From a virus: a DNA stretch of 64,000 bases. Under the pieces are notes generated by a model that was not told where the DNA came from, made no database searches, and was given only the letters and a program-made list of their open reading frames with translations. Both the position numbers and the translations under genes were made by a program. The stretch covers positions 1-64,000 of IMG/VR virus record IMGVR_UViG_3300040801_001025; one strand, written 5' to 3'. The number at the start of each line of letters is the position of its first letter. Position 1 is the first letter of the stretch. Shown here piece after piece: positions 28,521-39,034 of the stretch.

Positions 28521-29678
28521 ATGTCATTTATGAAGAAGTATCTCAAGACTCTTGAGAAGAACGATGATGTTGTCATCGGTCTAAAACCCCCTTCGTATTA
28601 TCTTGATACGGGGAACTACGCTCTCAATATGCTCATGTCAGGCAGAATTGAGGGTGGATCAGCACAGGGTCGTGTAATCGGTCTAGCTGGTCACTCTAGC
28701 TCTGGTAAGAGCTTAGTCGCGGGCAGCTTTGCTGCTCAAGTTGTTCGAGACGGTGGTATGGCACTTGTTATTGACTCTGAAGGTTCGCTTGATGAAAATT
28801 TCATGGCAAACCTCGGGGTTGACGTTGAAAGTGAGAATTACGAGCGTGTCGGTGTAACAACTATTCCTACTGCTGCACAGGTTGTCAACGGATTTGTTAA
28901 GATGTACCGTGAGAACAGTATAGATCAACGAGCGTTGATTGTGGTTGATTCTCTTGATAACCCGATGACTGAAAGTGAAGAAGAAGCACTAAACAGCAAG
29001 TTAACCCTTGGCGGTGACCAAGGTCAACATGCTAAACAACTAAAGCGTATGGGCAGACCGTGGGGTAACTCTATTACGAATTTGCCAATCACTATTGTCT
29101 GTACAAAGCAGGTTTACAAAAACCAAGACCCAGTTACTTATAAAGGCCAACCTTGGATCGTAACTGACGCTATGCAATATATCTGTTCGCAGATTATTTT
29201 GTTCGAGAAGTTGAACTTTAAGGACAAATCAACCAATCAGCATATGGGCTTCACCTTGAAAGCTAGTAGCTTCAAGAACCGTATTGCTCGTGAGAAGAAC
29301 AATGTAAAAATTGAGATTCCTTACGATCATGGTATTGAACCTTATAGTGGTCTACTTGATCTTGCACAGTCATTTGATGTTGTGCAAAAGAATGGTGGAT
29401 GGTATACTATGGGTGATAAGAAGTTCCAAGAGAAAGCGGCTCGTAACGATAAAGAACTCATGCAGAGTATCATTGAAGCAATTGCAGTTGCAAACGAAGA
29501 AGTTGATCCTGAGACTGGACGACCGAAGGTTCGTAAATTGGACGTTGATATGGACGGCATGGTAACTGAATTAGATAACCCGACTGAAGTAAAAAAGACT
29601 CGCAAGCAGAAACTAATCGAAGCGCGTGAGCATAAAGTTGGATTGGATGACGAAGATGACGAAGACCTTACTGGATAA
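28521..29678 (+). CDS. uvsX: RecA-like recombinase
   Basis: DTGNYALN, AGHSSSGKS, IDSE, VVDSL, KNGGWY. Confidence 0.92.
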   Translation: MSFMKKYLKTLEKNDDVVIGLKPPSYYLDTGNYALNMLMSGRIEGGSAQGRVIGLAGHSSSGKSLVAGSFAAQVVRDGGMALVIDSEGSLDENFMANLGVDVESENYERVGVTTIPTAAQVVNGFVKMYRENSIDQRALIVVDSLDNPMTESEEEALNSKLTLGGDQGQHAKQLKRMGRPWGNSITNLPITIVCTKQVYKNQDPVTYKGQPWIVTDAMQYICSQIILFEKLNFKDKSTNQHMGFTLKASSFKNRIAREKNNVKIEIPYDHGIEPYSGLLDLAQSFDVVQKNGGWYTMGDKKFQEKAARNDKELMQSIIEAIAVANEEVDPETGRPKVRKLDVDMDGMVTELDNPTEVKKTRKQKLIEAREHKVGLDDEDDEDLTG

Positions 29679-30255
29679 GCTTAACACACTGGACCGAATT
29701 CATAATAAGATTATTTCTCAGTATGCTGAGAAGATGAATCGAGTATTTCAGATTGTTTATGAAATCGATACAGAGGTTGAGTGGAGTAATGTATATAAAT
29801 GTTACCCTACCAGTAACTTTGGCTTCATCAAAGGTGTTTGCCGTGTCAATAAAGGTGACACGATGAAAAACCCAATGGGTGAAACCGTTATCTTAGACAG
29901 CCCTATGGTACTTACCGTAGGGTTTGTCCTTCCACTTGGCCATGTTGATAAGCTAACCCCATATGAAATTGCTGAGTATATTCAGCGAATGAAAATGCTG
30001 GAGAAAGTGTGTGATCTTGAAGAGTTTACTGATCTTCTTCGTAGCGAAGACTTTGATATTGATGATATTGAACCGCTACTTCCCGTTGGTATCGTTCGCG
30101 AACCACCTGATGAAGAAGATGATGATGACATTGAAGAATTGGCGAGACCTGTTGAAGTAGATGGTTTTGACACATCTTCACTTACCGATGAGCAACTTAG
30201 AAGTCTAATAACAAACACAGTAGTAGGGACAAATGGCGCAAAACAAAAGCAATGA
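29626..30255 (+). CDS. hypothetical protein
   Basis: ORF track; start uncertain. Confidence 0.6.
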   Translation: MSIKLDWMTKMTKTLLDKLNTLDRIHNKIISQYAEKMNRVFQIVYEIDTEVEWSNVYKCYPTSNFGFIKGVCRVNKGDTMKNPMGETVILDSPMVLTVGFVLPLGHVDKLTPYEIAEYIQRMKMLEKVCDLEEFTDLLRSEDFDIDDIEPLLPVGIVREPPDEEDDDDIEELARPVEVDGFDTSSLTDEQLRSLITNTVVGTNGAKQKQ

Positions 30256-30745
30256 TGAAATACTAGATATTCTCAAACGCCAGCGTCTCAAGACATTCTA
30301 CGACTTAAAAGAAGATACCTCAAACTTAAAGGACATTCTTGAACCATATCAAGACATGCTTCCTATTGCCCGAAAGCTAGTATCAGTTCGTGGTAAATAC
30401 GTCGAAGAAGTTTTGACAACGCACGGATCAGAATATCAGTTCTTTGATGAATGCAGATGGAGCATCAAGATGCTCTTGGATTATTTCACTGAACTGCTAA
30501 AGCATGAACGTGGCTTAGAATATCAGAAGATTCTAAACTCCAGTGCGAAAGTGATTAATGACAGTGCAATCAAATCTCTGATTGACGCAAAGCCTAACAT
30601 CTTACAGCGTACTCATCAACTCTTGATGATTCGCGATCTATACCAAAGATATAATGGCATTCTTGAGAGCTATCAACAAAGAGCATACCAACTTAACAAT
30701 TACACGAGGCATACCGAATACGGTACACTTAGAACAATCTTATGA
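30233..30745 (+). CDS. probable recombination mediator, UvsY-like
   Basis: Helical protein just upstream of UvsW; C-terminal AYQLNN pattern. Confidence 0.55.
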   Translation: MAQNKSNDEILDILKRQRLKTFYDLKEDTSNLKDILEPYQDMLPIARKLVSVRGKYVEEVLTTHGSEYQFFDECRWSIKMLLDYFTELLKHERGLEYQKILNSSAKVINDSAIKSLIDAKPNILQRTHQLLMIRDLYQRYNGILESYQQRAYQLNNYTRHTEYGTLRTIL

Positions 30746-32223
30746 GCGCACGAATTACTATACTTGACGAAGTTAATGTTTCAGTTACTGGACTAGAGCC
30801 AAGAGACATTAATTTCTTGTATGACAAATTTAGCATCTATGCTAAAGGTTTTCGCCACCAAGTAAAATTTAAACTTGGTCGATGGGATGGCAAGATACAA
30901 CACTTTTCTAAGCAAGGTAAGACTTACGTCAAGCTTTTGCCAGAAATCATCAAGTATTTGCGTGCCAGAGAATACAGTATCAAGCTTGTCGATAACCGTC
31001 AACAGCGTGATCTGAGCATTCCGCCTATTGACGAGAACTACTTGATTGATCGTGGATACGAAGACATCAAGTTGGGTGCTCATCAAGTTCGTGGCATCAA
31101 TGCGCTTACAAAAGCTGGTGGTGAAATATTTGAGGGCGGTACTGGTGCAGGCAAAACACTTATGACTGCCGTGTTAGCTCAGCTTTATGAAGAACATCAT
31201 AACTTCAGAACAATTGTCATTGTACCCACGAAAGACTTGATCACGCAGACTCGTAATGAAATGGTTGAGTTTGGTGTTGATGCGGGTTTGTATGGTGCCG
31301 AAAAAGACTTAGATCATACTCATATCGTGAGTACTTGGCAAACTCTACAGAAGAATCCCGCATTCATGGGTCAGTTCCAAGCTGTAATAGTTGATGAGTG
31401 CCATGGGGTCACGGGCGACGTACTTCGCAGCATATTAAATGATGCTGGTGCAAAGTGCGCTGTTCGTATAGGTTTGACTGGCACCTTACCAGAAGAAGAA
31501 ATTGATCAGATGGCTGTTCGTATTACACTTGGTAATGTAATCGAAAAAGTCGAAGCATCAGAATTGATTGCATGTGGTTGGCTTGCTGAGTTGAAACTTT
31601 ATAGCTATGAGCTTGTCGAAGACCTACGTCAAGAGTTTGCTGAGTTCATTGAGAAGAATCCGAAGTATGCCAATATTACATATAAGCAATACAAGAGTGG
31701 TAAACATTCGTTCCCTGATTACACCGCAGAGAAAAAGTATCTTCAAAAGAAAGAAGAGCGTTTAGATTTCTTGTCGAAGTTGATAGCAACTACAGGAAAG
31801 CAGAACACTTTGATTCTTGTGCCTAATGTTGAATTTGGTAGAAAGCTTGCACGTTCTATTGAAGGCGCAACATTCTTTTCGGGCAAAGACACTAGCAAAA
31901 TAAGACAGCAATTGTACTCGTCTTTTAATGAAGAAAATGGTATAATAGCTATTACAACCTATGCGCTTGCCTCCACTGGTCTTAATATCAAGAGAATTTT
32001 CAATCTATTCTTGATTGATGCTGGCAAAAGTTATGTTCAGGTTATTCAGAGCATTGGACGTGGATTGCGCCGTGCTCCTGACAAAGACAAGGTGTGGGTT
32101 TACGATGTGTATAGTGATACTCGTTTCTCGAAAACTCATGGTGGCAAGCGTAAGACACATTACAAGAAAAAGAATTATAAGTTCACTCATAAGAAAGTGG
32201 ACTACATAAACTTACTTATATAA
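30742..32223 (+). CDS. uvsW: SF2 DNA helicase
   Basis: WDGKI, TGAGKT, STWQ, DECH, GLTGT, QSIGRGLR. Confidence 0.93.
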   Translation: MSARITILDEVNVSVTGLEPRDINFLYDKFSIYAKGFRHQVKFKLGRWDGKIQHFSKQGKTYVKLLPEIIKYLRAREYSIKLVDNRQQRDLSIPPIDENYLIDRGYEDIKLGAHQVRGINALTKAGGEIFEGGTGAGKTLMTAVLAQLYEEHHNFRTIVIVPTKDLITQTRNEMVEFGVDAGLYGAEKDLDHTHIVSTWQTLQKNPAFMGQFQAVIVDECHGVTGDVLRSILNDAGAKCAVRIGLTGTLPEEEIDQMAVRITLGNVIEKVEASELIACGWLAELKLYSYELVEDLRQEFAEFIEKNPKYANITYKQYKSGKHSFPDYTAEKKYLQKKEERLDFLSKLIATTGKQNTLILVPNVEFGRKLARSIEGATFFSGKDTSKIRQQLYSSFNEENGIIAITTYALASTGLNIKRIFNLFLIDAGKSYVQVIQSIGRGLRRAPDKDKVWVYDVYSDTRFSKTHGGKRKTHYKKKNYKFTHKKVDYINLLI

Positions 32224-32232
32224 GGACCACTA

Positions 32233-32724
32233 ATGATAATTTCTGATGAAACCTCATACCCAGTATTGATTGATAGTGTCGACACGCCAACAATTAATGA
32301 TTACTTCTGGGTACTAGAGTTATCTTATCTTGATTTCATGTTAAACAAACTTAAAATGTTCGAAGAACATACCACACCAACTCTAGAAATTCTAGTAGAT
32401 GATTATTGGATGGAGATTCCTACTAACTGGAATATTCTCGTTTACTCAGAAGAGACTGCACAGCTTGATGTAGCGGAGATATCTGATCTAACTAGAGCAC
32501 GGTTTACCGCAGTATTGTACAAACATAAGACTGGTAGAATTGTACCAGCACCTGTTAAAGTAATTGATTATCATCATGAAGCTCAAGTTAAATTTCCTAG
32601 CCTAAATAAACATACAATGTTATGTCACCATGCAGGTCCAGATTCTTGGGTCTGTGTGGCACCGACTGATAACTATAATAAGTATCTCAAGAATAAGCTC
32701 GTTGGCGACTTGATGACTGATTAA
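32233..32724 (+). CDS. hypothetical protein
   Basis: ORF track; SD AAGGA. Confidence 0.7.
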   Translation: MIISDETSYPVLIDSVDTPTINDYFWVLELSYLDFMLNKLKMFEEHTTPTLEILVDDYWMEIPTNWNILVYSEETAQLDVAEISDLTRARFTAVLYKHKTGRIVPAPVKVIDYHHEAQVKFPSLNKHTMLCHHAGPDSWVCVAPTDNYNKYLKNKLVGDLMTD

Positions 32725-32735
32725 CGGAGAAATAA

Positions 32736-33233
32736 ATGGCTAGAAAGAAAAAGGCTGAACCCGTAAGCATAGATGAATTGAAATCTTATGTGAAAGGTGC
32801 GATTGAGTTGAATGATGATGGCTGGCATCCTGATGCAAAGCAATGGAACAAGATTGTTGATATGATCATGAATGTCAAGGAGCCTGAACCGGCTCCTGCG
32901 GCACCAGCACCACACTATGGGCCACCAGCACAGCAAGGGACAGCTATGCAACCTGCTGGTAATTTGGGAGGTATGCCGCCGCAACCTCAGCCGGGTCAGG
33001 GGCTACCCACCGGAATGGGAGGAGCAGTGCCTAAGAATCCATATGAAATGGATGATCCAAATGTAGACCGTCCCGCTCCAATGAAGTTGCCAAGTGATGG
33101 TGCTCCTGTTCCAAAGTTTCTTAGAACAGGTGTTGAACAACGCGATGAAAATGGTAACATATCATCTGGTATCACAGTAAAAACTCCAAATATTGATACA
33201 TCGCAAAAACAGTATAAATCAGGATATGAATAA
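32736..33233 (+). CDS. hypothetical protein with a Pro/Gly-rich linker
   Basis: SD GGAG; ORF track. Confidence 0.7.
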   Translation: MARKKKAEPVSIDELKSYVKGAIELNDDGWHPDAKQWNKIVDMIMNVKEPEPAPAAPAPHYGPPAQQGTAMQPAGNLGGMPPQPQPGQGLPTGMGGAVPKNPYEMDDPNVDRPAPMKLPSDGAPVPKFLRTGVEQRDENGNISSGITVKTPNIDTSQKQYKSGYE

Positions 33234-33768
33234 ACTCAACGGACGAACACTATATCCCGATGGGGATTCTATTGTCAGTAAAGAGTATTTGTATGAACAC
33301 GTACTCGATGGTGGCAGTGTAGCAGATGTTTGTTTAGATGAAGAAGATTATAACTCTGAAGAAATTAAAACCTATAATAGAAAATATCCATTAGACAGAG
33401 CACGTATCAAGACTTCGGTAAAGCCATTGTCCACAGAATGGAACATACCAGAAGAATATAAAAATCTGAATATAAAACAACATGTTATGAAATGTTTGGA
33501 ACGGGAATTGAAGGAACGCCCACTATCCACTGAGAAGATTAAGAAGCGTATCTATCGAACTAAGATGGAACTTCGTATCTGGAAAGAACGTGGTCTAGAT
33601 GATTTGCTCAGAACGCTCGTATACATAGTAAGTACCTTTGAAGAGAATGATATAGTTTGGGGGACAGGCAGGGGAAGCTCCTGTGCTAGCTATGTCTTGT
33701 ACTTAATTGGTATACATCAAGTAGATAGTGTACGGTACGGGCTGGATGTGGGCGAGTTCTTCCGCTAA
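33226..33768 (+). CDS. DNA polymerase III alpha (DnaE)-like fragment 1
   Basis: VWGTGRGSSCASYVLYLIGIHQVD.VRYGL...F matches the DnaE GRGS palm region. Confidence 0.8.
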   Translation: MNKLNGRTLYPDGDSIVSKEYLYEHVLDGGSVADVCLDEEDYNSEEIKTYNRKYPLDRARIKTSVKPLSTEWNIPEEYKNLNIKQHVMKCLERELKERPLSTEKIKKRIYRTKMELRIWKERGLDDLLRTLVYIVSTFEENDIVWGTGRGSSCASYVLYLIGIHQVDSVRYGLDVGEFFR

Positions 33769-33814
33769 AGGTTCTGTATAAATACTCCTACTGTACCTAA
33801 ACGAGAGGAACCAT

Positions 33815-34207
33815 ATGTCTAGAGTAAGAAGCATAAAAGGTGAAATCGTAGACTTCGATTTCATGCGTACTAAGAAAAAAATGGAAGACCGTTCTAAATC
33901 CAAAGAAGTTGAAATGCGTGAGAACTATGTGGATATCAAACGTCGTCGTCGTAATCCTTATAGAAATGTTGCTGAACTTGTAGAAGAGCAGCGAAAGAAT
34001 GAAGATGATGTACGTTCTCGATTAAGAGCACAAAAAGCTCAGAAGGAAGCGGATGGTGAAGGTATTGAAAGTACACCAGAACCTACTACTACAGCCACAC
34101 CTACCGCAACTAGTCGTCGCACTTCAAAAACTGTGGTTAAGCGTAAGCAACCTACGCCAACCAGCACACCGGATGAAGACGATACACTTGAAGAAGATGA
34201 AGATTAA
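33815..34207 (+). CDS. hypothetical protein
   Basis: TATAAATA at 33777; SD GAGGA. Confidence 0.7.
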   Translation: MSRVRSIKGEIVDFDFMRTKKKMEDRSKSKEVEMRENYVDIKRRRRNPYRNVAELVEEQRKNEDDVRSRLRAQKAQKEADGEGIESTPEPTTTATPTATSRRTSKTVVKRKQPTPTSTPDEDDTLEEDED

Positions 34208-34216
34208 GGATAATAT

Positions 34217-34561
34217 ATGTCAGAACAAGAACTACAGGCCATCGATGATCACATTCTATTTGAATTCGTAGAAGATGTGGGAGGCGGTGGCTTCTTGCAG
34301 AAAAGTGGAAGCGGTGTAGTCATCGCAGAAGGGCACGAGAAACAACTTGATACTTGTAGATGGATTAGAGCATTATCCATTGGCCCTGATGTAAATGAGG
34401 AATTCAAGGTAGGAGACGTTCTCCTAATTGAAAATCTTCAATGGACAACTATGTTCATGGTCAAAGATAAAGGTCAAAAGTATTGGCAGACTAAGGCTGA
34501 GCATGTTCTAGCTACTATTGACCCTGATAACCCACCGGAAGAAATCAAGAACTTCCTATGA
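34217..34561 (+). CDS. GroES-like co-chaperonin
   Basis: L.AIDD.IL, SG.VI mobile loop, IGPDV...KVGD.L, VLA. Confidence 0.75.
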   Translation: MSEQELQAIDDHILFEFVEDVGGGGFLQKSGSGVVIAEGHEKQLDTCRWIRALSIGPDVNEEFKVGDVLLIENLQWTTMFMVKDKGQKYWQTKAEHVLATIDPDNPPEEIKNFL

Positions 34562-34569
34562 TCTGATAC

Positions 34570-34622
34570 TTGATATATGGGGAGTTCTGGAGTATAATGC
34601 TCCTAAAAAGGACTCCCCATAT
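34570..34622 (+). promoter_or_regulatory. sigma70-like promoter inside an RBS-occluding hairpin
   Basis: TTGATA-17-TATAAT; IR ATATGGGGAGTTCT/AGGACTCCCCATAT covers the SD and start codon. Confidence 0.7.
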
Positions 34623-35547
34623 GCTACAAAAATTATGGGTCGAGAAGTATCGGCCTACTTCCTTAGATGAATACATCTTTCAAAATAGCAGTCACGATGA
34701 GGCATTTCGTCAGTACATCAAAGACGGTACAATTCCTAATTTATTACTAGCTGGCCATCCCGGCACAGGTAAAACGGCACTTGCAAATATACTCAAGCAT
34801 GAGTTAGATATTGCAGATGCTGATTTCAAAGTCATGAATGCGTCTGACGATAACTCAGTAGAAACAGTTCGTAGAGAAATCAAAGCATTTATTCGTACAC
34901 TTCCATTAGGTGATTTTAAAGTCGTCTTCTTAGACGAGGCTGATTACCTTACGCCAAACGCTCAAGCTGCACTTCGCGGTATCATGGAAGAAAATAGCGA
35001 TAGTGTTAGATTCATTCTAACATGTAATGCTCCGCAAAAACTGCACAAAGCTATCAAGTCTCGTTGTCAGGAATATGCATTTGAGAGTCTGGACAAGAAG
35101 ACTATGATGCGTGCTGCTGCTAAAATTCTAGTGGCTGAAAAAATTAAAGCTAAAGGTACTAAAATTCTAGCAGAATATGTAGACTTGGCATATCCTGATA
35201 TGCGCAAACTGATACAGATGCTTGAGCAGGGCTCTCGTACTGGCGAACTTCTTCCTCCCGAAGAACCTACTGATTCTCTTATGACAATGGTCGAAATTGC
35301 CGATGTACTTGAGAATGATGGATGGTTAGAAGCAAGGAACAGACTGGCCGGTAAGCTCAATGAAGATGACTTTGTGCCAGCTTATCGATTCCTTTACGAA
35401 CATCTGCATGAGCTTGGTAAATTCGAAGACCCTGACAAATGGGTAGAAGGCCAGCTTATTATCACAAACTATTTAAGAGACGACGCGATAATTGCTGATC
35501 GTGAAATGAATTTTTCAGCATGCCTATTAAGATTGGAGAAAGTATAA
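34621..35547 (+). CDS. gp44: clamp loader AAA+ subunit
   Basis: LWVEKYRP, GHPGTGKT, NASD, LDEAD, SRC. Confidence 0.92.
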   Translation: MLQKLWVEKYRPTSLDEYIFQNSSHDEAFRQYIKDGTIPNLLLAGHPGTGKTALANILKHELDIADADFKVMNASDDNSVETVRREIKAFIRTLPLGDFKVVFLDEADYLTPNAQAALRGIMEENSDSVRFILTCNAPQKLHKAIKSRCQEYAFESLDKKTMMRAAAKILVAEKIKAKGTKILAEYVDLAYPDMRKLIQMLEQGSRTGELLPPEEPTDSLMTMVEIADVLENDGWLEARNRLAGKLNEDDFVPAYRFLYEHLHELGKFEDPDKWVEGQLIITNYLRDDAIIADREMNFSACLLRLEKV

Positions 35548-35548
35548 A

Positions 35549-35872
35549 ATGCGTTCATTCATAACTGAAGAACAAAAGAAAACAATAAAGCAGGAAGAAG
35601 AGCTAGATGCGGTTGCTTCATTTCCTGATAAGAATCAGAAACTAGCGTGGAAGCGTAAGCGGAAACGCATTGTAGAGTTGATTGGTAGAATTGAACCATA
35701 CGAAGAACAGATTCGAGATTTGATTCTGAAGAAGCAGCCAATCATGGATCAGATTGATGAGGTACGTGCAGCTATGGTGAAGGACTGTATTCATCCTCGC
35801 GAAGAGCTTGTTCATAAGGGCACACACATTGAATGTAAATTCTGTCAGAGGAAACTAAAACCAGTTGGCTGA
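35549..35872 (+). CDS. hypothetical protein with C-terminal Cys/His (possible zinc site)
   Basis: ORF track. Confidence 0.6.
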   Translation: MRSFITEEQKKTIKQEEELDAVASFPDKNQKLAWKRKRKRIVELIGRIEPYEEQIRDLILKKQPIMDQIDEVRAAMVKDCIHPREELVHKGTHIECKFCQRKLKPVG

Positions 35873-36317
35873 GCGATTAGACATACATGAAGTATTGCGA
35901 AAAGTGGATGCGTTTGATCGTGATTACTTTCGCAATCTTAGCGATGAAGAACAGAAAGGTCTATCACCTTACATCATGATGCGATGGCTAGGAGGTTGTA
36001 AATCACCTCTTCAGATTCAGCTTGTGAACAAATTCATGAACAGTGCAGTGTTTGAGCTTGGGGATCATCCCAAGCTCCTGTATAATCTTGCGTTGTGCTC
36101 TACTGATCGTCGTCCTAAGAAGTACAGCTTTATAAAGACTGCAAAGGATAAGAGTCTGGGCAAAGTTGCTGAGGTCGTGAAACGATATTACAAGTGCAGC
36201 GGTAGAGTTGCAGTTCAATACTTGGAAGTATTGGACGATGCTGATATTTTACAAATGGCCGAAGAGCTTGGCATGCAAGATGATGAAATAAAGAAACTTA
36301 AACTGGAGTTGAAGTGA
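35865..36317 (+). CDS. probable clamp loader small subunit (gp62-like)
   Basis: PY...RW, N, YY.CS...A..YL pattern; near gp44. Confidence 0.6.
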   Translation: MAERLDIHEVLRKVDAFDRDYFRNLSDEEQKGLSPYIMMRWLGGCKSPLQIQLVNKFMNSAVFELGDHPKLLYNLALCSTDRRPKKYSFIKTAKDKSLGKVAEVVKRYYKCSGRVAVQYLEVLDDADILQMAEELGMQDDEIKKLKLELK

Positions 36318-36991
36318 AAAATTATTTCGAATGCAAATACTGCTTTAAGAAGTACACCAGTGAAAAGCTATTCAACAAGCATGAATGTAAAGAAATGCGA
36401 ATTGAAAAGCTAATGCGTAGTAATACTGGCATGGCGGCATATGAGATTCATTGCGAGTGGAGACGTGCAAGAGGTATGGCACCGCTATCTAAAGAACGTT
36501 TTAGCGAATCCCGAGCATTGACTTCCATGGTCAAGTTTGTAAAATTCTCCAAGCGTGTTGCTCTACCTGCGCGTTCAAAGTTTATCAAATACATGTCTGA
36601 GCTTGGCATTCATGCTAAGGACTGGTGTAACAATAAAGTCTATGAGCATTACATCTCTAAGTTTGATGAATTAGTAACGCCAGAAGAACAAGCTGATGTG
36701 ACGTTAGAAACGATTAATCAACTTGCGAAAATCTATCGGTGTGAAACAGGTGATGTGTTAGCTCACATGCTACCAGACACTGCGATAAAGCTCATGCAAG
36801 CTCGTAAATTCTCACCATGGGTGATGCTACTATCTACTAAGTTTCACAGCTTCATGATGTATGGAATGTCACCGGAGCAACGTGCCCTACTTGAAGTCTA
36901 CGTTGATCCTAAGATTTGGAATGACAGACTTAAAGAGAATCCTGAGTTCACAAACCGAATGAAAAAGATTGTAAAATCTTTAGGGCTTTAA
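36314..36991 (+). CDS. hypothetical protein with an N-terminal zinc finger
   Basis: CKYC...F..HEC. Confidence 0.65.
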   Translation: MKNYFECKYCFKKYTSEKLFNKHECKEMRIEKLMRSNTGMAAYEIHCEWRRARGMAPLSKERFSESRALTSMVKFVKFSKRVALPARSKFIKYMSELGIHAKDWCNNKVYEHYISKFDELVTPEEQADVTLETINQLAKIYRCETGDVLAHMLPDTAIKLMQARKFSPWVMLLSTKFHSFMMYGMSPEQRALLEVYVDPKIWNDRLKENPEFTNRMKKIVKSLGL

Positions 36992-37917
36992 TATCTGACA
37001 GCTATAAATCTATATGACCATTGACCAGTAGTTACAGCCACACCTTGGTTATTGCTACCACCGCCATTTTTTGGACATATGTAAGGGCCTTGCGTGATAG
37101 AATATGTCGTATTTGTCCATTTAAAATAAAGATTAGTAGCATTGCAATATATGACAAATCTGTTTTGGTTAACAGGAATACCGCCACCAACGTTCACCTG
37201 TAAAGTTTCAACTGCACCACCGCCGACTGGAATTCTCTCACCAACTACATAACCGTTATTTGCGGATGTGCATTCTAAATATACCATATAAATGTCTGGA
37301 ACGCCACCAAGACCGTGTGATTCAGTAATGGTAGCTGTGGTAAGTGATCGTAAGCCTGACCTAAACACTGTTCCGGCAACGTCACCCGCTGGTCCCTGCG
37401 GACCTTGTGGACCTGTTGGACCGGCTGGGCCTGTTGGACCGGCTGGACCGGCTGGACCTGTAGCACCTGTCGCACCTGTTGGACCGGCTGGACCGACTGG
37501 TCCCGGTGGACCCGGTGTCAATGAAATAGTATCAACTTCATCTTTTAATTCTTGAATAGCATCTTGTACATTATTTGAACCTATGCTATTATACGGTGTG
37601 AAACTAACATCATTTGCATTAATTGTACTACCTAATGTCGCCCATGTTGAACCATTGAAAACATAAAGCTGCTCATCGGTTTGGTTCCACCATGTTTGAC
37701 CTTCAAGTGGATTATTGATTACGCTAGAAGGCGGTGTACCCGGAGTTGGACCTTCAGGTGATGAAAAGTTTGCAGCAAGTTGTACAAGGTTTTGCTGTCG
37801 AGCAGCACCATAATCAAGACGGCGTTTACCAGTGAAGGTCACACCATGATTGAATACAACCTCTGTGTCTAAAACTGAAAAACTACTCCCATCGGGAAGA
37901 TTAATAGTATAGGCCAT
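36988..37917 (-). CDS. tail fibre-like protein with collagen-like repeats
   Basis: MAYTI.., N...LA.NF, P.EGQ.WW baseplate-type anchor, about 14 G-X-Y triplets; TATAAATA at 37945-37938. Confidence 0.75.
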   Translation of the reverse strand: MAYTINLPDGSSFSVLDTEVVFNHGVTFTGKRRLDYGAARQQNLVQLAANFSSPEGPTPGTPPSSVINNPLEGQTWWNQTDEQLYVFNGSTWATLGSTINANDVSFTPYNSIGSNNVQDAIQELKDEVDTISLTPGPPGPVGPAGPTGATGATGPAGPAGPTGPAGPTGPQGPQGPAGDVAGTVFRSGLRSLTTATITESHGLGGVPDIYMVYLECTSANNGYVVGERIPVGGGAVETLQVNVGGGIPVNQNRFVIYCNATNLYFKWTNTTYSITQGPYICPKNGGGSNNQGVAVTTGQWSYRFIAVRY

Positions 37918-37961
37918 TATATAACTCCGCTTTACTATATTTATAAAGGGGTCCATAACAC

Positions 37962-38549
37962 ATGGATATTGACATAGATATCGCACCTGAAGTTGATGTA
38001 GAGGAATTATTCCCTAATGTCATTCGCAGTTCGCGAATTGAGAATGACGAACTCAAGAAACACAATGTCGGGTATCATTTTCAAAACATAGCGGTTGATC
38101 CTATAACTGGTTTTGCTGCAATTCCAGCAAAACCAGATAAACCTGTCGATCAGCTTAAAGAACATGGATATATTAAAATTGATATGATTACTGTAAATCT
38201 ACTTAAGCATTTTAAATCTAAAGAAGAAATGCGAGAATTGCAAGAAAAGGAGCCTGATTGGTCACTACTTGAAGATGAAGAAGTTGTTTCTAAACTTTTT
38301 CACTTAGCAAAGCATTTTGATGTTATTTCTAGAGTTAAACCAAGGTCCATTGTGGCACTTGCTGATGTATTTGCTTTGATTCGTCCGAACAAACTTAAAA
38401 TGTTAGATAAATACCTTAGTAACCCGGAGCAGTATCGGGAAGAGCTTTTTACTAAACGCGATCCATCTGATATGAGACGCGCACACGCTCTTCCTTACGC
38501 TCTGCTTATTGTGCTACAATTACATTTGATAAAAGAAGGTAGAATATGA
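37962..38549 (+). CDS. DNA polymerase III alpha (DnaE)-like fragment 2
   Basis: MDIDID (catalytic Asp pair), KHNVG, GYIKIDM, ALIRP, AHALPYA. Confidence 0.8.
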   Translation: MDIDIDIAPEVDVEELFPNVIRSSRIENDELKKHNVGYHFQNIAVDPITGFAAIPAKPDKPVDQLKEHGYIKIDMITVNLLKHFKSKEEMRELQEKEPDWSLLEDEEVVSKLFHLAKHFDVISRVKPRSIVALADVFALIRPNKLKMLDKYLSNPEQYREELFTKRDPSDMRRAHALPYALLIVLQLHLIKEGRI

Positions 38550-39034
38550 AATTAAGTGACATTAAACCCATAAGGCCAATTCTAGAACAAGGTCCAATGG
38601 ATATGGATATGGATATGGATGATATGGGTATGGATGATATGGGTATGGACGATGGTCCACAGCCACAGCAAGGCTCTGCTGATACTGCCGCAGATGAAGA
38701 AATTGGTCCGTTCGTGGGTGAGTTGAATGCAACTCAGCTTGGAATTGTTCTGAGTATGAAATTGGCCGGTTCTCCAGAACTTGCACATGCCGAGCTTTCA
38801 GATACTCGTAACGTAGTATCCGGCCGTAACTTCTTAGAAGATAACGGATACATTGAAATTAATGATGACGTTGATCCGCCAACTGCTGAACTTACAGATA
38901 AAGCAGAAGATGTTATTAACAAGAACGCATTAACTGGCGGTGACGGCCCAGACGGTGCCGGTCTCAGTGATAAAGGCAAAAAACTATTGAAACGTTATAA
39001 TGAAATGAAAGAAAGTTGGAAGACTGTCGAATAA
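38546..39034 (+). CDS. hypothetical protein with an MD/MGMDD repeat
   Basis: ORF track; N-terminus MKLSDI..ILE. Confidence 0.65.
   Translation: MKLSDIKPIRPILEQGPMDMDMDMDDMGMDDMGMDDGPQPQQGSADTAADEEIGPFVGELNATQLGIVLSMKLAGSPELAHAELSDTRNVVSGRNFLEDNGYIEINDDVDPPTAELTDKAEDVINKNALTGGDGPDGAGLSDKGKKLLKRYNEMKESWKTVE

Noticed and set aside
38598-38653. ATGGAT microsatellite as a phase-variation tract
   Set aside because: Units are multiples of 3 and encode an MD-rich linker, so slippage would not shift frame.
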